Assembly (NCBI GenBank): GCA_963823765.1 | Contig: CAWGML010000002.1 | Span: 231,626-295,625, forward strand | From: Candidatus Dormiibacterota bacterium | Lineage (GTDB): Bacteria; Chloroflexota; Dormibacteria; Aeolococcales; Aeolococcaceae | Reading direction: 5' to 3' | DNA: 64,000 bases | In this document: one piece after another, positions 47,092 through 56,400 of the stretch | Layout of the letters: each line of letters opens with the position of its first letter | How positions within the stretch are numbered: the stretch's first letter is position 1 | Made by a program: the position numbers and the translations under genes | Notes under the pieces: model-generated | The model's database searches: none | Told to the model about the DNA's origin: nothing | The model's input: the letters and a program-made list of their open reading frames with translations, nothing else

Positions 47092-48048
47092 TCAGCCGAT
47101 CTTCGCGCCGGCCGCCACGGCACCGGCCGGATGGGCCACATCGTGGACGACCGGCTCCGTCACCGCGCTGGGCACGCCACGGCGATGACGGATCGCGTCC
47201 ACGGCCAGGATCACCAACGCCAGCCACACCAGCGCGAACCCGCCGAGCAGCGCGGGCGGCAGCGGCTCGTGGCGTACCACCACCCCGATGAGGAATTGCA
47301 TGACCGGGGCGAGGTACTGGAGGAGACCGATGGTGGTGAGCGGCAGCCGCTTGGCGGCAGCGGCGAAGAAGAGCAGCGGGACGGCGGTGGCGGGCCCCGC
47401 CGCCGCGAGGAGGAGCAGGTGTGCGGGTGTGGCCGCGTGGCCCACCCAGGTGGCGTTGCCGGTGCCCGCCAGCACGCCGAGCACGGCCACGGCGGGCACC
47501 GTCAGCACGGCCGCCTCGATGAGCAATCCCTCGGGCGCGCTGGCGCGGACGCGCTTCTTGATCAGCCCATAGGTCGCGAACGACATAGCGAGGAACAGCG
47601 CCAGCCACGGGGGGCGCCCGTAGTCGACGCTGAGTATGGCGACAGCGACAACCCCAAGCGCTACCGCCGTCCACTGCATGCGACGCAGGCGCTCATGCAG
47701 CACGACCACACCGAGCGCGACGGTGATGAGCGGGTTGATGAAGTAGCCGAGGCTGGTCTCGACTACGTGTCCGTTGTTGACGCCCCAGATGTATGCGCCC
47801 CAGTTCACCGCAATGATCAACCCGGCGACGCAGAGCCGCAGCACCGTGCCGCGATCGAGCCGCCGCAGCGCGCGCAGCTCCTGACGCGCTGCGAGAAGCG
47901 ATGCCACCACCGCCAGGCTCAGCACGATCCGCACGGCGAGGATCTCGAGCGCGCCCGCCGGCTCCAGCAGCGGCCAGTACAAGGGGAACAACCCCCACAG
48001 CAGGTACGCGGTCGCGCCTGCCAGCAGTCCTCGTCTCGCCGTGCTCAC
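47092..48048 (-). CDS. rarD: EamA/RarD family transporter
   Basis: GLLAGATAYLLWGLFPLYW is the RarD N-terminal signature. Ten TM helices. Confidence 0.8.
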   Translation of the reverse strand: MSTARRGLLAGATAYLLWGLFPLYWPLLEPAGALEILAVRIVLSLAVVASLLAARQELRALRRLDRGTVLRLCVAGLIIAVNWGAYIWGVNNGHVVETSLGYFINPLITVALGVVVLHERLRRMQWTAVALGVVAVAILSVDYGRPPWLALFLAMSFATYGLIKKRVRASAPEGLLIEAAVLTVPAVAVLGVLAGTGNATWVGHAATPAHLLLLAAAGPATAVPLLFFAAAAKRLPLTTIGLLQYLAPVMQFLIGVVVRHEPLPPALLGGFALVWLALVILAVDAIRHRRGVPSAVTEPVVHDVAHPAGAVAAGAKIG

Positions 48049-48072
48049 ACCTCAACATACAATGCGAGCGCG

Positions 48073-48525
48073 ATGAACTGGTTCCTGGTTCTCAAGTCGC
48101 TGCACGTGCTCTCGGCGATAGTGGCGGTGGGATCCAACGTGACCTACGGCCTCTGGACAGCGCTGGCCAAACGGGACCCGGCGCACCTCGGGTTCGCGCT
48201 CCGGGGCATCAAGATCGTCGACGATCGACTCGCCAACCCGGCCTACGGCGTGCTGCTGGTCACCGGGCTGATCATGGCGTTCACCACCTACAGCATCACG
48301 CTGACGTGGATACTCATCGGCCTCGGCCTGTACATCGTCATGGCGGCGGTGGCCACCGCCGTGTTCTCGCCGACGCTGCGCGCGCAGATCGCGGCGCTGG
48401 ACGCCGCCGGTCCGGCGAGCCCCGCCTACCGGTCCGCGGACGCGCGCATGCGTGGCGTCGGCATCTTCCTGGGCGTCCTGGCTGTGTTCGTCGTCTTCGT
48501 CATGGTGTTCAAGCCGCAGCTCTGA
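48073..48525 (+). CDS. DUF2269-like integral membrane protein
   Basis: MNWFLVLKSLHVLSAIVAVGSNVTYGLW and four TM helices. Family name from memory. Confidence 0.7.
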   Translation: MNWFLVLKSLHVLSAIVAVGSNVTYGLWTALAKRDPAHLGFALRGIKIVDDRLANPAYGVLLVTGLIMAFTTYSITLTWILIGLGLYIVMAAVATAVFSPTLRAQIAALDAAGPASPAYRSADARMRGVGIFLGVLAVFVVFVMVFKPQL

Positions 48526-48598
48526 GAGACCGCCGCCCCTCCCGATACTGATACCGCCGCTGTACGCGAAGCTGCTACCGACAGGGTATGATGCCGGC

Positions 48599-48865
48599 GT
48601 GGCTGAGCATGACCCCGAGGCCTTCCAGGAGCTGTTCGAGGCCGAGCCGGACCAGCCGTCGCAGGAGGAGGTCACCCAGTGGGTGGGCCTGTACAGCCGG
48701 CTCGTCGACCTCCTCGAGCGCCAGCTGGACGAGACATCGCGTTTCGCGCAGTCGGTGCCCGAGGCGCTCCGCGAGTACCTGGGGAGGGAGAACGGGAAAA
48801 TCCTCACCGAGGAGCTGGAGATCTTCCGGGGCCGGCTCGCCCATTGGCGCGGGCTAGCGGGCTGA
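48599..48865 (+). CDS. hypothetical acidic helical protein
   Basis: GTG 48599. Uniformly high GC3. EEVTQWVGLYSRLVDLLERQLDETSRF.... No recognised domain. Confidence 0.5.
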   Translation: MAEHDPEAFQELFEAEPDQPSQEEVTQWVGLYSRLVDLLERQLDETSRFAQSVPEALREYLGRENGKILTEELEIFRGRLAHWRGLAG

Positions 48866-49267
48866 CGCGCTGACGGCGCTGACCGGGGCCCGCTCGTGGT
48901 GGTCGGCCTCGTAGCGGTCGATGAAGTCGATGATCATGTCGCGCATCCCGCACAGCTCGCGCGCCCAACCGTCGAGCACCGCGCTGCCGGACGGGGTGAT
49001 CTCGTAGCGCCGCCGCCGCGGTCCCTCCGCGGAGCGCTCCCACGTTGACCGGACCAGTCCGTCGTCCTCCATTGTGTTGAGGGCGCGGTAGACGGAGCCG
49101 GGGTCCCAATGGCCGAGGGAGAGCGGGGCGAGCTTCTCGCGCAGCTCATAGCCGTAGGTCGGCTCCTCGCCGAGGAGCAGCAGCAGGCAGGGACGCAGGT
49201 AGTTCCTCGGTTGGACAGGCAGCCGCGAGCCGTTGGCGTGGTTGCTCGGCGGGCCGGCGTGGCGCAT
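48854..49267 (-). CDS. PadR family transcriptional regulator
   Basis: LRPCLLLLLGEEPTYGYELREKLA...PGSVYRALNTMEDDGLVRSTWE...RRRYEITPSG. GGAGGGAGG before ATG 49267. Confidence 0.85.
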   Translation of the reverse strand: MRHAGPPSNHANGSRLPVQPRNYLRPCLLLLLGEEPTYGYELREKLAPLSLGHWDPGSVYRALNTMEDDGLVRSTWERSAEGPRRRRYEITPSGSAVLDGWARELCGMRDMIIDFIDRYEADHHERAPVSAVSASAR

Positions 49268-49448
49268 CTGCCTCCCTCCGAGCTTGCTGCTGGTGAGAGC
49301 CTCGCAAGGCTGCATCCGCATCGTCGGTACGGTTGCGTACAACCGCCGCCGCCGTCGTTGCAGCTTCGACGATGCGCGCCGCGACCCCCTCAACGCAAGC
49401 GCCGATCGAGAGTCGCTCGGCGGCATTCGTAGGTGGTGGATGCACTTA

Positions 49449-49477
49449 TTGACGGCACCGGGAGTGGCTCCTACGGT
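49449..49477 (+). promoter_or_regulatory. candidate sigma-70-type promoter for the hydrogenase operon
   Basis: TTGACG (49449-49454), 17-nt spacer, TACGGT (49472-49477, TAnnnT type), about 75 nt upstream of the hhyS ATG. Sequence inspection only. Confidence 0.3.
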
Positions 49478-49554
49478 GACGCCTTCGCGCGTGTGTTCCG
49501 CGACGTCGCAGATGTCGCAAGGTGTCCAATCGCAGCCAGGGAGGTGTGCACCAC

Positions 49555-50655
49555 ATGGTGACCGAGGCAGCGCCGTACGGACGGAAAACACAGAAGGAGC
49601 CTCCCGTCAAGGACGTGCACATCGTGTGGATCACCGCCGGCCTCAGCTGCGACGGCGACTCCGTGTCGATCACCGCCGCCACCCAGCCGAGCATCGAGGA
49701 CGTGCTGCTCGGCTCCATCCCCGGCCTGCCGACGGTCCACCTGTACAACCCCGTCCTCGCCTACGACAACGGGGACGATTTCCTCAAGCCGTGGTTCGCG
49801 GCCGCGCGCGGCGAGCTCGACCCGTTCGTCCTCGTCATCGAGGGATCGATCCCCAACGAGAAGCTCAACGCCAACAACGGCGGCTACTGGGCGGCCGTCG
49901 GCACCGACCCGGCCACGGGTCAGCCGATCACCACCAACGAGTGGATCGACCGGCTCGCCCCCAAGGCCCTTGCGGTCGTGGCGGCCGGCACGTGTGCGAC
50001 GTACGGCGGCATCCATGCGATGCAGGGCAACCCGACGGGCGCGATGGGCCTCGCCGACTACCTCGGCTGGGACTTCAAGACCGGTGCCGGGTTGCCGGTG
50101 ATCAACGTGCCCGGTTGCCCGGTGCAGCCCGACAACTTCATGGAGGTGGTGCTCTACCTTCTCTACCAGGTGGCCGGCTTGGCGCCGGTGATCCCGCTCG
50201 ACGAGGAGCTGCGCCCCACCTGGCTGTTCGGGGCCACTGTGCACGACGGCTGCGACCGCGGCTCGCACTACGAACAGGGCGAGTTCGCCAAGGTGTACGG
50301 CTCGCCGCTGTGCCTGGTCAAGCTCGGCTGCTGGGGCCCGGTCGTCAACTGCAACGTGCCCAAGCGCGGCTGGATGGCCGGCATCGGCGGCTGTCCCAAT
50401 GTCGGGGGCATCTGCATCGGCTGCACCATGCCGGGCTTCCCGGACAAGTTCATGCCGTTCATGGACGAGCCACCGGGCGCGAAGCTCTCCACCAAGATCG
50501 TCGGCGGCTACGGGAAGGCGATCCGCGGGCTGCGCACGATGACCAACAACACAGTCAACAAGGAGCCGAAGTGGCGCCACAACAGGCCTGAGCTGACCAC
50601 CGGGTACAAGCCGCAGACCGGCGGCGTCGCCAGGTCATTCAACCGTCCTTCGTAG
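49555..50655 (+). CDS. hhyS: [NiFe]-hydrogenase small subunit, group 1h (high-affinity type), without a Tat signal
   Basis: HIVWITAGLSCDGDS, AAGTCATYGG, NVPGCPVQPDN, GCDRG...CLVKLGCWGPVVNCNVPKRGW...GGCPNVGGICIGC. GGGAGG 11 nt before ATG 49555. No RRxFxK motif. Confidence 0.9.
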   Translation: MVTEAAPYGRKTQKEPPVKDVHIVWITAGLSCDGDSVSITAATQPSIEDVLLGSIPGLPTVHLYNPVLAYDNGDDFLKPWFAAARGELDPFVLVIEGSIPNEKLNANNGGYWAAVGTDPATGQPITTNEWIDRLAPKALAVVAAGTCATYGGIHAMQGNPTGAMGLADYLGWDFKTGAGLPVINVPGCPVQPDNFMEVVLYLLYQVAGLAPVIPLDEELRPTWLFGATVHDGCDRGSHYEQGEFAKVYGSPLCLVKLGCWGPVVNCNVPKRGWMAGIGGCPNVGGICIGCTMPGFPDKFMPFMDEPPGAKLSTKIVGGYGKAIRGLRTMTNNTVNKEPKWRHNRPELTTGYKPQTGGVARSFNRPS

Positions 50656-50673
50656 CGGTAAGGAGAAGCAGCG

Positions 50674-52461
50674 ATGGCGACACTCATGCAGAAGGGCGGC
50701 ACTCCCAAGTCCGGGACGCTCACCGAGGTCTCCTGGGACCCGATCACGCGCATCGTCGGCAGCCTCGGCATCTTCACCAAGATCGACTTCGCCAACCGTG
50801 TCGTCGCCGACGCGCGCAGCACCTCCTCGATCTTCCGCGGCTACAGCATCTTCATGAAGGGCAAGGACCCGCGCGACGCGCACTTCATCACCAGCCGCAT
50901 CTGCGGCATCTGCGGCGACAACCACGCCACCTGCGCGACCTACGCGCAGAACATGGCCTTCGGCATCAAGCCGCCGGCGATCGCCGAGTGGATCGTCAAC
51001 CTCGGCGAGGCGGCCGAGTACATGTTCGACCACAACATCTTCCAGGACAACCTGCTGATGGTCGACTTCTGCGAGCAGATGGTCAAGGAGACCAACCCCA
51101 GCGTCCTGGCCAAGGCCGAGAACACGCCGGCCCCGCACGCGGGCGACCACGGCTACCGGACCATCGCCGACATCATGCGCGCGCTCAACCCGTTCACCGG
51201 CGAGTTCTACCGCGAGACCCTGCACGTGTCGCCGCTACACGCGCGAGATGTTCTGCCTGATGGAGGGGCGGCACGTCCATCCCTCCACGCTGTACCCGGG
51301 CGGCGTCGGCACCGTTCCCACCGTGCAGCTCTTCACCGACTACCTCGTGCGCCTCATGAAGTACGTGGAGTTCATGAAGAAGGTGGTGCCGCTGCACGAC
51401 GACATCTTCGACTTCTTCTACGAGGCGCTGCCCGGCTACGAGGAGGTGGGCCGGCGCCGCATGGACACCGTCTGCTGGGGATCGTTCAACGACCCGGCGG
51501 TGTGCGACTACACCTACAAGCGCATGGGCGAGTGGGGCAAGGCGATGTTCGTCACCCCGGGGTGCGTCGTCGACGGCAAGCTGGTGACCACCGACCTCGT
51601 CGACATCAACCTCAACATCCGCATCCTTCTCGGCCATTCCTACTACGACGACTGGGCCAACTCCGAGACCTTCGTCACCACGCGACCCGCTCGGCAACCC
51701 CGTCGACCAGCGCCATCCGTGGAACCAGACCACCCTGCCGCGCCCGCAGAAGCGCGACTTCGACGACAAGTACAGCTGGGTGATGTGCCCGCGCTGGCTG
51801 CACAACGGCGAGCACCTCGCCATGGACACCGGCGGCGGCGCGTTCGCGCGCCTGCTGGCCACCTCTCTCGCCGGGCTGGTGGACATCGGCTACGTCAAGG
51901 CCACCGGCCACAGCACCAAGATCTACCTGCCCAAGACGCAGACCAAGCCCGAGGTGGAGTTCGAGTGGCACGTGCCCAAGTGGAGCAACGCCATCGAGCG
52001 CGACCGCGCCCGCACCTACTTCCAGGCGTACTCCGCCGGCGCGGCGCTGCACTTCATCGAGAAGGCGTTCGAGGAGCTGCACGCCGGGCGCACCGACACC
52101 TTCACGCCGTTCGAGGTGCCGGACGAGGCGATCGGCTGCGGCTTCCACGAGGCGGTGCGCGGCGTGCTCTCGCACCACGTGGTCATCCGCGAGGGCAAGA
52201 TCGCCAACTACCACCCGTACCCGCCCACCCCGTGGAACGCCACGCCGCGCGACAGCTACGGCACGCCCGGGCCCGTACGAGGACAGCGTGCAGAACACGC
52301 CGATCTTCGAGGAGAACGGCCCGGACAACTTCAAGGGCATCGACATCATGCGCGCCGTGCGCAGCTTCGATCCCTGCCTGCCGTGCGGGGTGCACATGTA
52401 CCTCGGCGATGGCAAGGTGCTGGAGCGCAAGCACTCGCCCACCTTCGGGGGCACGCACTGA
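50674..52461 (+). pseudogene. hhyL: [NiFe]-hydrogenase large subunit, group 1h; three frame breaks as assembled
   Basis: AAGGAG before ATG 50674. L1 motif ITSRICGICGDNHATC. Pieces in three frames: ...FYRETLHVS, hop near 51232, RYTREMFCLMEGRHVHPSTLYPGGVG...SYYDDWANSETFVTT, hop near 51683, DPLGNPVDQRHPWNQTTLPRPQKRDF...SYGTPGP, hop near 52275, YEDSVQNTPIFEENGPDNFKGIDIMRAVRSFDPCLPCGVHMY (L2 motif), stop at 52459-52461. Confidence 0.9.
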
Positions 52462-52517
52462 CAGCCGCAGCCGTCAGCCCGCCGTCCCGCGGCTCCGACG
52501 GAGAGTTCGCGGGGCGG

Positions 52518-53066
52518 ATGGCGCGCATCGACGAGCTGGTCGGGGAGCTGGGGGCGCTCCCCGACCCGGCGATGCGAGCGCGCGCCGAGGAGCTGATCGG
52601 CGCCGTCCTCGAGCTGCACGGCGACGCGCTGCGCCGCATGCTCGACGCGGTCGCCGACCAGGCGGACGGCGGCGCCGCGCCTGTTCGCCGAGTTCGCCGC
52701 CGACGAGCTGGTGCGCAGCGTGCTGCTCGTCCACGACCTGCATCCCGTCTCGCTCGCCGACCGCGTCGAGCAGGCGCTGGAGTCGGTGCGACCGATCATG
52801 CACGGGCACAAGGGCGACGTCGAGCTGCTCGGCATCGAGGACGACGTGGTCCGCCTGCGCCTGACGGGCAGCTGCGAGGGGTGCCCGTCGTCGGAGCTCA
52901 CCATGAAGGCGGCGGTCGAGAAGGCGCTGTACGAGGCCGCGCCCGAGCTCGCCGGGATCGAGGTGGAGGGGATGAGCCCGCCGCCCCGGGTCCGCCCACG
53001 ATCGAGTGCCTCGTCCCGCTGCAGATGGCGTCACCGCGCGCCGGCGCGGCCGCCGGGCCGCGGTGA
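52518..53066 (+). pseudogene. NifU-like Fe-S protein of the hydrogenase cluster (HhyE-like); at least one frame break
   Basis: MARIDELVGELGALPDPAMRARAEELIGAVLELHGDALRRMLD...DGGAA, hop near 52680, LFAEFAADELVRSVLLVHDLHP...VELLGIEDDVVRLRLTGSCEGCPSSELTMKAAVEKALYEAAPEL (NifU C-terminal CxxC). The C-terminal PTIECLVPLQM...* lies in a third frame, so further hops near 52987-52997 are possible. Confidence 0.7.
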
Positions 53067-53072
53067 ACGGGG

Positions 53073-53719
53073 ATGGCGCTCGAGACTGAGCCGTCGCTGG
53101 CGTCCCTGCGCCGGTTCGTGCGTGAACGGGAGCCGGCGCGAGCGGTGCGAGCTGTGCGCCGCGGGCATCGCGCCGCACCCGCAGCACGAGCACCTTCTCG
53201 ACCCGAGCGGAGCGCCAGCTGCTGTGCAGCTGCACGCCGTGCGCGCTGCTCTTCCCGGTGGAGGCGCAGAAGCGCTTCCGTCGCGTGCCCCGCCGGCTCT
53301 GGTCGCTCACCGACTTCACCATGACCGACGCGATGTGGGATCGCTGGCGATCCCGGTCAACATGGCGTTCCTGCTCACCAGCGCGCCGCGGGCGAGCTGC
53401 ACGCGTACTACCCGAGCCCGGCGGGCGCGACGGAGTCGCTGCTGACGCTCGAGGGCTGGTCGGAGCTGCTCGAGGCCAACCCCGCGCTGACGTCGCTGGT
53501 GCCCGACGTCGAGGCGCTGCTCATCAACCGCGTCGGCGAGCGCCGCGACTACTTCATCGCGCCGATCGACCGCTGCTACGAGCTGGTCGGGCTGCTGCGC
53601 GTGCACTGGCGCGGGCTGTCGGGCGGCACCGAGGTGTGGGAGCGCGTCGGCAGCTTCTTCGACGAGCTGCGCAGCGCGCGCGCGCGCCAAGCCGGCACAG
53701 GGAGCTGGTCCGTGCCTGA
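53073..53719 (+). pseudogene. conserved hydrogenase-cluster protein (DUF5947-like, from memory); four frame breaks
   Basis: MALETEPSLASLRRFVREREPA, hop near 53139, ERCELCAAGIAPHPQHEHLLDPS, hop near 53208, ERQLLCSCTPCALLFPVEAQKRFRRVPRRLWSLTDFTMTDAMWD, hop near 53343, LAIPVNMAFLLTSAPR, hop near 53393, ELHAYYPSPAGATESLLTLEGW...CYELVGLLRVHWRGLSGG...FFDEL. 3' end uncertain: the only nearby stop (53717-53719) is in another frame. Confidence 0.65.
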
Positions 53720-54366
53720 CCTCGACTTCGCCGTCGACTCGGCCAGCCGCCGTCGACGGCTCGCTGACGCCGCTGCTCGAGTTCGAGCTGCGCATCGAGG
53801 AGGTCGACGGCCGCGACATCGACACCATCGCGCTGAGCTGCCAGATCATGATCGAGGCGGTGCGGCGGCCCTACGCGGCCGCGCGAGCAGGAGGCGCTGC
53901 TCGACCTCTTCGGCACGCCCGCAACGCTGGGGCACCTCGCTGAAGACGATGCTCTGGACGCACGCCGCCATGGTGGTGCCGGGCTTCGAGGGGGCGCACC
54001 ACTGTGCGGCTCCCGGTGCCCACCAGCTTCGACCTCAGCCTGGCGCGCCACCAAGTACTTCTTCGCGCTCGAGGACGGCGAGGTGCCGCTCGACCTTCCA
54101 GTTCAGCGGCACCGTCTTCTACCGCGACGCCGACGGCGACGCTGATGACCGAGCGCATCCCCTGGACCAAGGAGGCGCGCTTCCGCCTGCCGGTCGCGGT
54201 CTGGAGCGAGCTCATCGAGCGCCACTACCCCGACGGCGCCTGGCTGTGCCTGCGCCGCGACGTCTTCGACCGCCTCTACCGGTACAAGGCGCGGCTGGCG
54301 GTGCCGACGTGGGAGACCGTCGTCGACGAGCTGCTCGAGAATGCCGGCAGCGAGGCGCTCCGGTGA
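53712..54366 (+). pseudogene. conserved hydrogenase-cluster protein (DUF6084-like, from memory); seven consecutive +1 frame breaks
   Basis: VPDLDFAVDSAS | AVDGSLTPLLEFELRIEEVDGRDIDTIALSCQIMIEAVRRPYAAA | EQEALLDLFGTP | QRWGTSLKTMLWTHAAMVVPGFEGA | TTVRLPVPTSFDLSLAR | TKYFFALEDGEVPL | TFQFSGTVFYRDADG | TLMTERIPWTKEARFRLPVAVWSELIERHYPDGAWLCLRRDVFDRLYRYKARLAVPTWETVVDELL. Hops near 53748, 53886, 53921, 53997, 54049, 54092 and 54138. Confidence 0.65.
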
Positions 54367-55432
54367 ACCGCGAGCAGGTCGACCGCATCGTCGCCGCGAC
54401 CCTGTACGAGGGCTACATCCTCTACCCGTACCGGCCCAGCTCGGTGAAGAACCAGGTGCGCTGGACCTTCGGCGGCGTGTACCCGCGCGAGTACAGCGAG
54501 GCCGTCGGCGGCGCCGAGCCGTGGTCGGCGACGACCGAGTGCCTGCTGCGTGGCGGCGACGACGCCGAGGTGGAGGTGACGGTGCGCTTCCTCCACGTGG
54601 TGACGCGCACCGCGGCGCGCGTCGACATGCCGGCGCGCGGCACTCCGGCCGACGGAACCGAGAGCCTGCACCCGTGTCGAGGCGTTCGAGATCGACGGGC
54701 GCATCACCGCACCTGGGAGGAGGCCGCCGAGCGCCGGCTCGAGCGCCGGCGTGCGCACGCTGCGCCTCCCTGCTGCGCGAGCCGCGGCGGTCGACGCTGA
54801 CCGTCGGGCCGGGGAGGAGGTGGAGTGGCTGCGCGGGCAGCGATGGGCTGGTCGCCGGGGCGCTGGTGCGCACGCACCGGCCGCTGGCCGTCGCGGTCGA
54901 CGTCTCCGCGCAGCGCGTGAGCCCGGGCATCGCCCGCGTGCGCGTGTCGAGTCACCAACGTCACCCCGGTGACGGCTGACGAGGTGGCCGGACCGCGACG
55001 CGGCGCTGCGTCACGCGCTGCTGTCGACGCACGTGGTGCTCGGGGCCGCAGGACGGCGCGTGGCTGTCGCTCGCCGACCCGCCCGGCGACGCGATCGAGC
55101 ATGCCGCCGCCTGCGTCAACACCGGGCTGTGGCCGATCCTGGTCGGCGCAGCCGGCTCCGCTGACACGGTGCTTGCCTCGCCGATCATCCTCGAGGACCA
55201 CCCGCAGGTCGCCCCGGAGTTCGCCGGCGAGCTGTTCGACTCGACCGAGATCGACGAGATCCTCTCGCTGCGCATCCTCACCCTGACGGACGACGAGAAG
55301 GCGGAGATGCGCGCTGCCGACGAGAGGGCGCGCGCCATCCTCGAGCGCACCGAGTCGCTCAGCCAGGACGACTTCATGCGCATGCATGGGACGCTGCGGT
55401 CGGTCAGCCCGCGCATCGGTGAGACGCGATGA
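54363..55432 (+). pseudogene. conserved hypothetical protein of the hydrogenase cluster (~355 aa); about nine frame breaks
   Basis: GTG 54363 (GTGA overlap). VNREQVDRIVAATLYEGYILYPYRPSSVKNQVRWTFGGVYPREYSE.... Later in-frame islands: VEAFEIDGR, TWEEAAERRLE, SLLREPRRSTLTVGPG, GEEVEWLRG, SDGLVAGALVRTHRPLAVAVDVSAQRVSPGIARVRV, VTNVTPVTADEVAG, RDAALRHALLSTHVVLGAA, DGAWLSLADPPGDAIEHAAACVNTGLWPILVG...SPIILEDHPQVAPEFAGELFDSTEIDEILSLRILTLTDDEKAEMRAADERAR...*. Middle-section frames were chosen by GC3 and residue composition. Confidence 0.55.
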
Positions 55433-55763
55433 CCGAGGTACAATCCCTGGGCGACGCTGGGCGACGACCCGTTCGCCGAGAGACCGCGGCGGCAGTCGGT
55501 GCGCTGGCGCGGCGGCGAGCTGCGCGTCGGTGACCAGGTGCGGCTCGCACCGAAGGGCAGCGCCGACGCCCTCGACATCGTGCTGCGCGGCCGCGTCGCC
55601 ACCATCGAGTTCGATCGAGCAGGACTACGAGGACGTCGTCTACCTGGCCGTCACCGTCGATGACGACCCCGGCGCCGACCTCGGCATGATGCGCCAGCCC
55701 GGGCATCGCTTCTTCTTCACTCTCGATGACGTCGAGGCGGTCGTCGAGGAGCAGGGGACATGA
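55429..55763 (+). pseudogene. small conserved hydrogenase-cluster protein; two frame breaks
   Basis: ATG 55429 (ATGA overlap). MTE, hop near 55438, YNPWATLGDDPFAERPRRQSVRWRGGELRVGDQVRLAPKGSADALDIVLRGRVATIE, hop near 55610, SIEQDYEDVVYLAVTVDDDPGADLGMMRQPGHRFFFTLDDVEAVVEEQGT*. Confidence 0.55.
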
Positions 55764-56317
55764 GCGCGCGCGTCCTCGTCGCCGGCATCGGCAACATCTT
55801 CCTCGGCGACGACGGCTTCGGCGTCGCGGTCGCCCAGGAGCTCCTTCGCCGCGGCTCGCTGGGCTCCGGCGACGTCATGGTCGGCGACTACGGGATCCGG
55901 GGCTACGACCTCGCCTACGAGATCCTCGGCGGGTACCAGACGGTCGTGCTGGTGGACGCCACCCAGCGTGGTGACCGGCCCGGCACCCTCTACGTCATCG
56001 AGGCGGACACCGATGCCGATGTGTCGGACAGCGCCGATGCCGACCACGGCCAGGGCGCCTTCCAGGGCCACCTGATGACCCCGGCGGCCGTGTTCCACCT
56101 GGTCAGGACCATGGGCGGCGCGACCGGCCGCGTGCTGGTGGTCGGCTGCGAGCCGGCGACGTTCGGCCCGGAGAACATCGGCCAGATGGAGCTGAGCCCC
56201 GCGGTGGCCGCCGCCGTGCCCGAGGCGGTGGCCATGGTCGAGCGCATCGTTGCCGAGGCCGAGCGATGGAGGCCTGCGGCACTGCCGCGCGGACAGTGGG
56301 AACGGGGGTGCGGATGA
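55760..56317 (+). CDS. hydrogenase maturation endopeptidase (HyaD/HupD family)
   Basis: VLVAGIGNIFLGDDGFGVAVAQEL...VVLVDAT...GTLYVIE...HLMTPAAVFHL. ATGA overlap with the upstream gene. Confidence 0.8.
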   Translation: MSARVLVAGIGNIFLGDDGFGVAVAQELLRRGSLGSGDVMVGDYGIRGYDLAYEILGGYQTVVLVDATQRGDRPGTLYVIEADTDADVSDSADADHGQGAFQGHLMTPAAVFHLVRTMGGATGRVLVVGCEPATFGPENIGQMELSPAVAAAVPEAVAMVERIVAEAERWRPAALPRGQWERGCG

Positions 56318-56400
56318 CATGGTGGGCATGGTTCTCATCGCCATCGGAGTGCTCGTCCTCGGGCGCCGTCCCCGGTGACCGGGGCCGGACGCGGCGCACG

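Noticed and set aside
45780-47141. 453-aa minus-strand ORF and similar long R/P-rich ORFs (e.g. 380..1273, 1419..2423, 3195..3860, 4370..5719, 46364..47674, 42881..44719)
   Set aside because: Typical high-GC alternative-frame or antisense ORFs. Extreme Arg/Pro/Ala content, overlap with well-supported genes, and low GC3 relative to the real frame.
51232-55610. Programmed ribosomal frameshifting or transcriptional slippage as an explanation for the frame breaks
   Set aside because: There are far too many sites, up to one per 35-50 nt. I saw no shared slippery heptamer or long homopolymer, the direction is mixed (mostly +1, some -1), and the same phenomenon affects unrelated genes such as hisD, apbE and the hydrolase.
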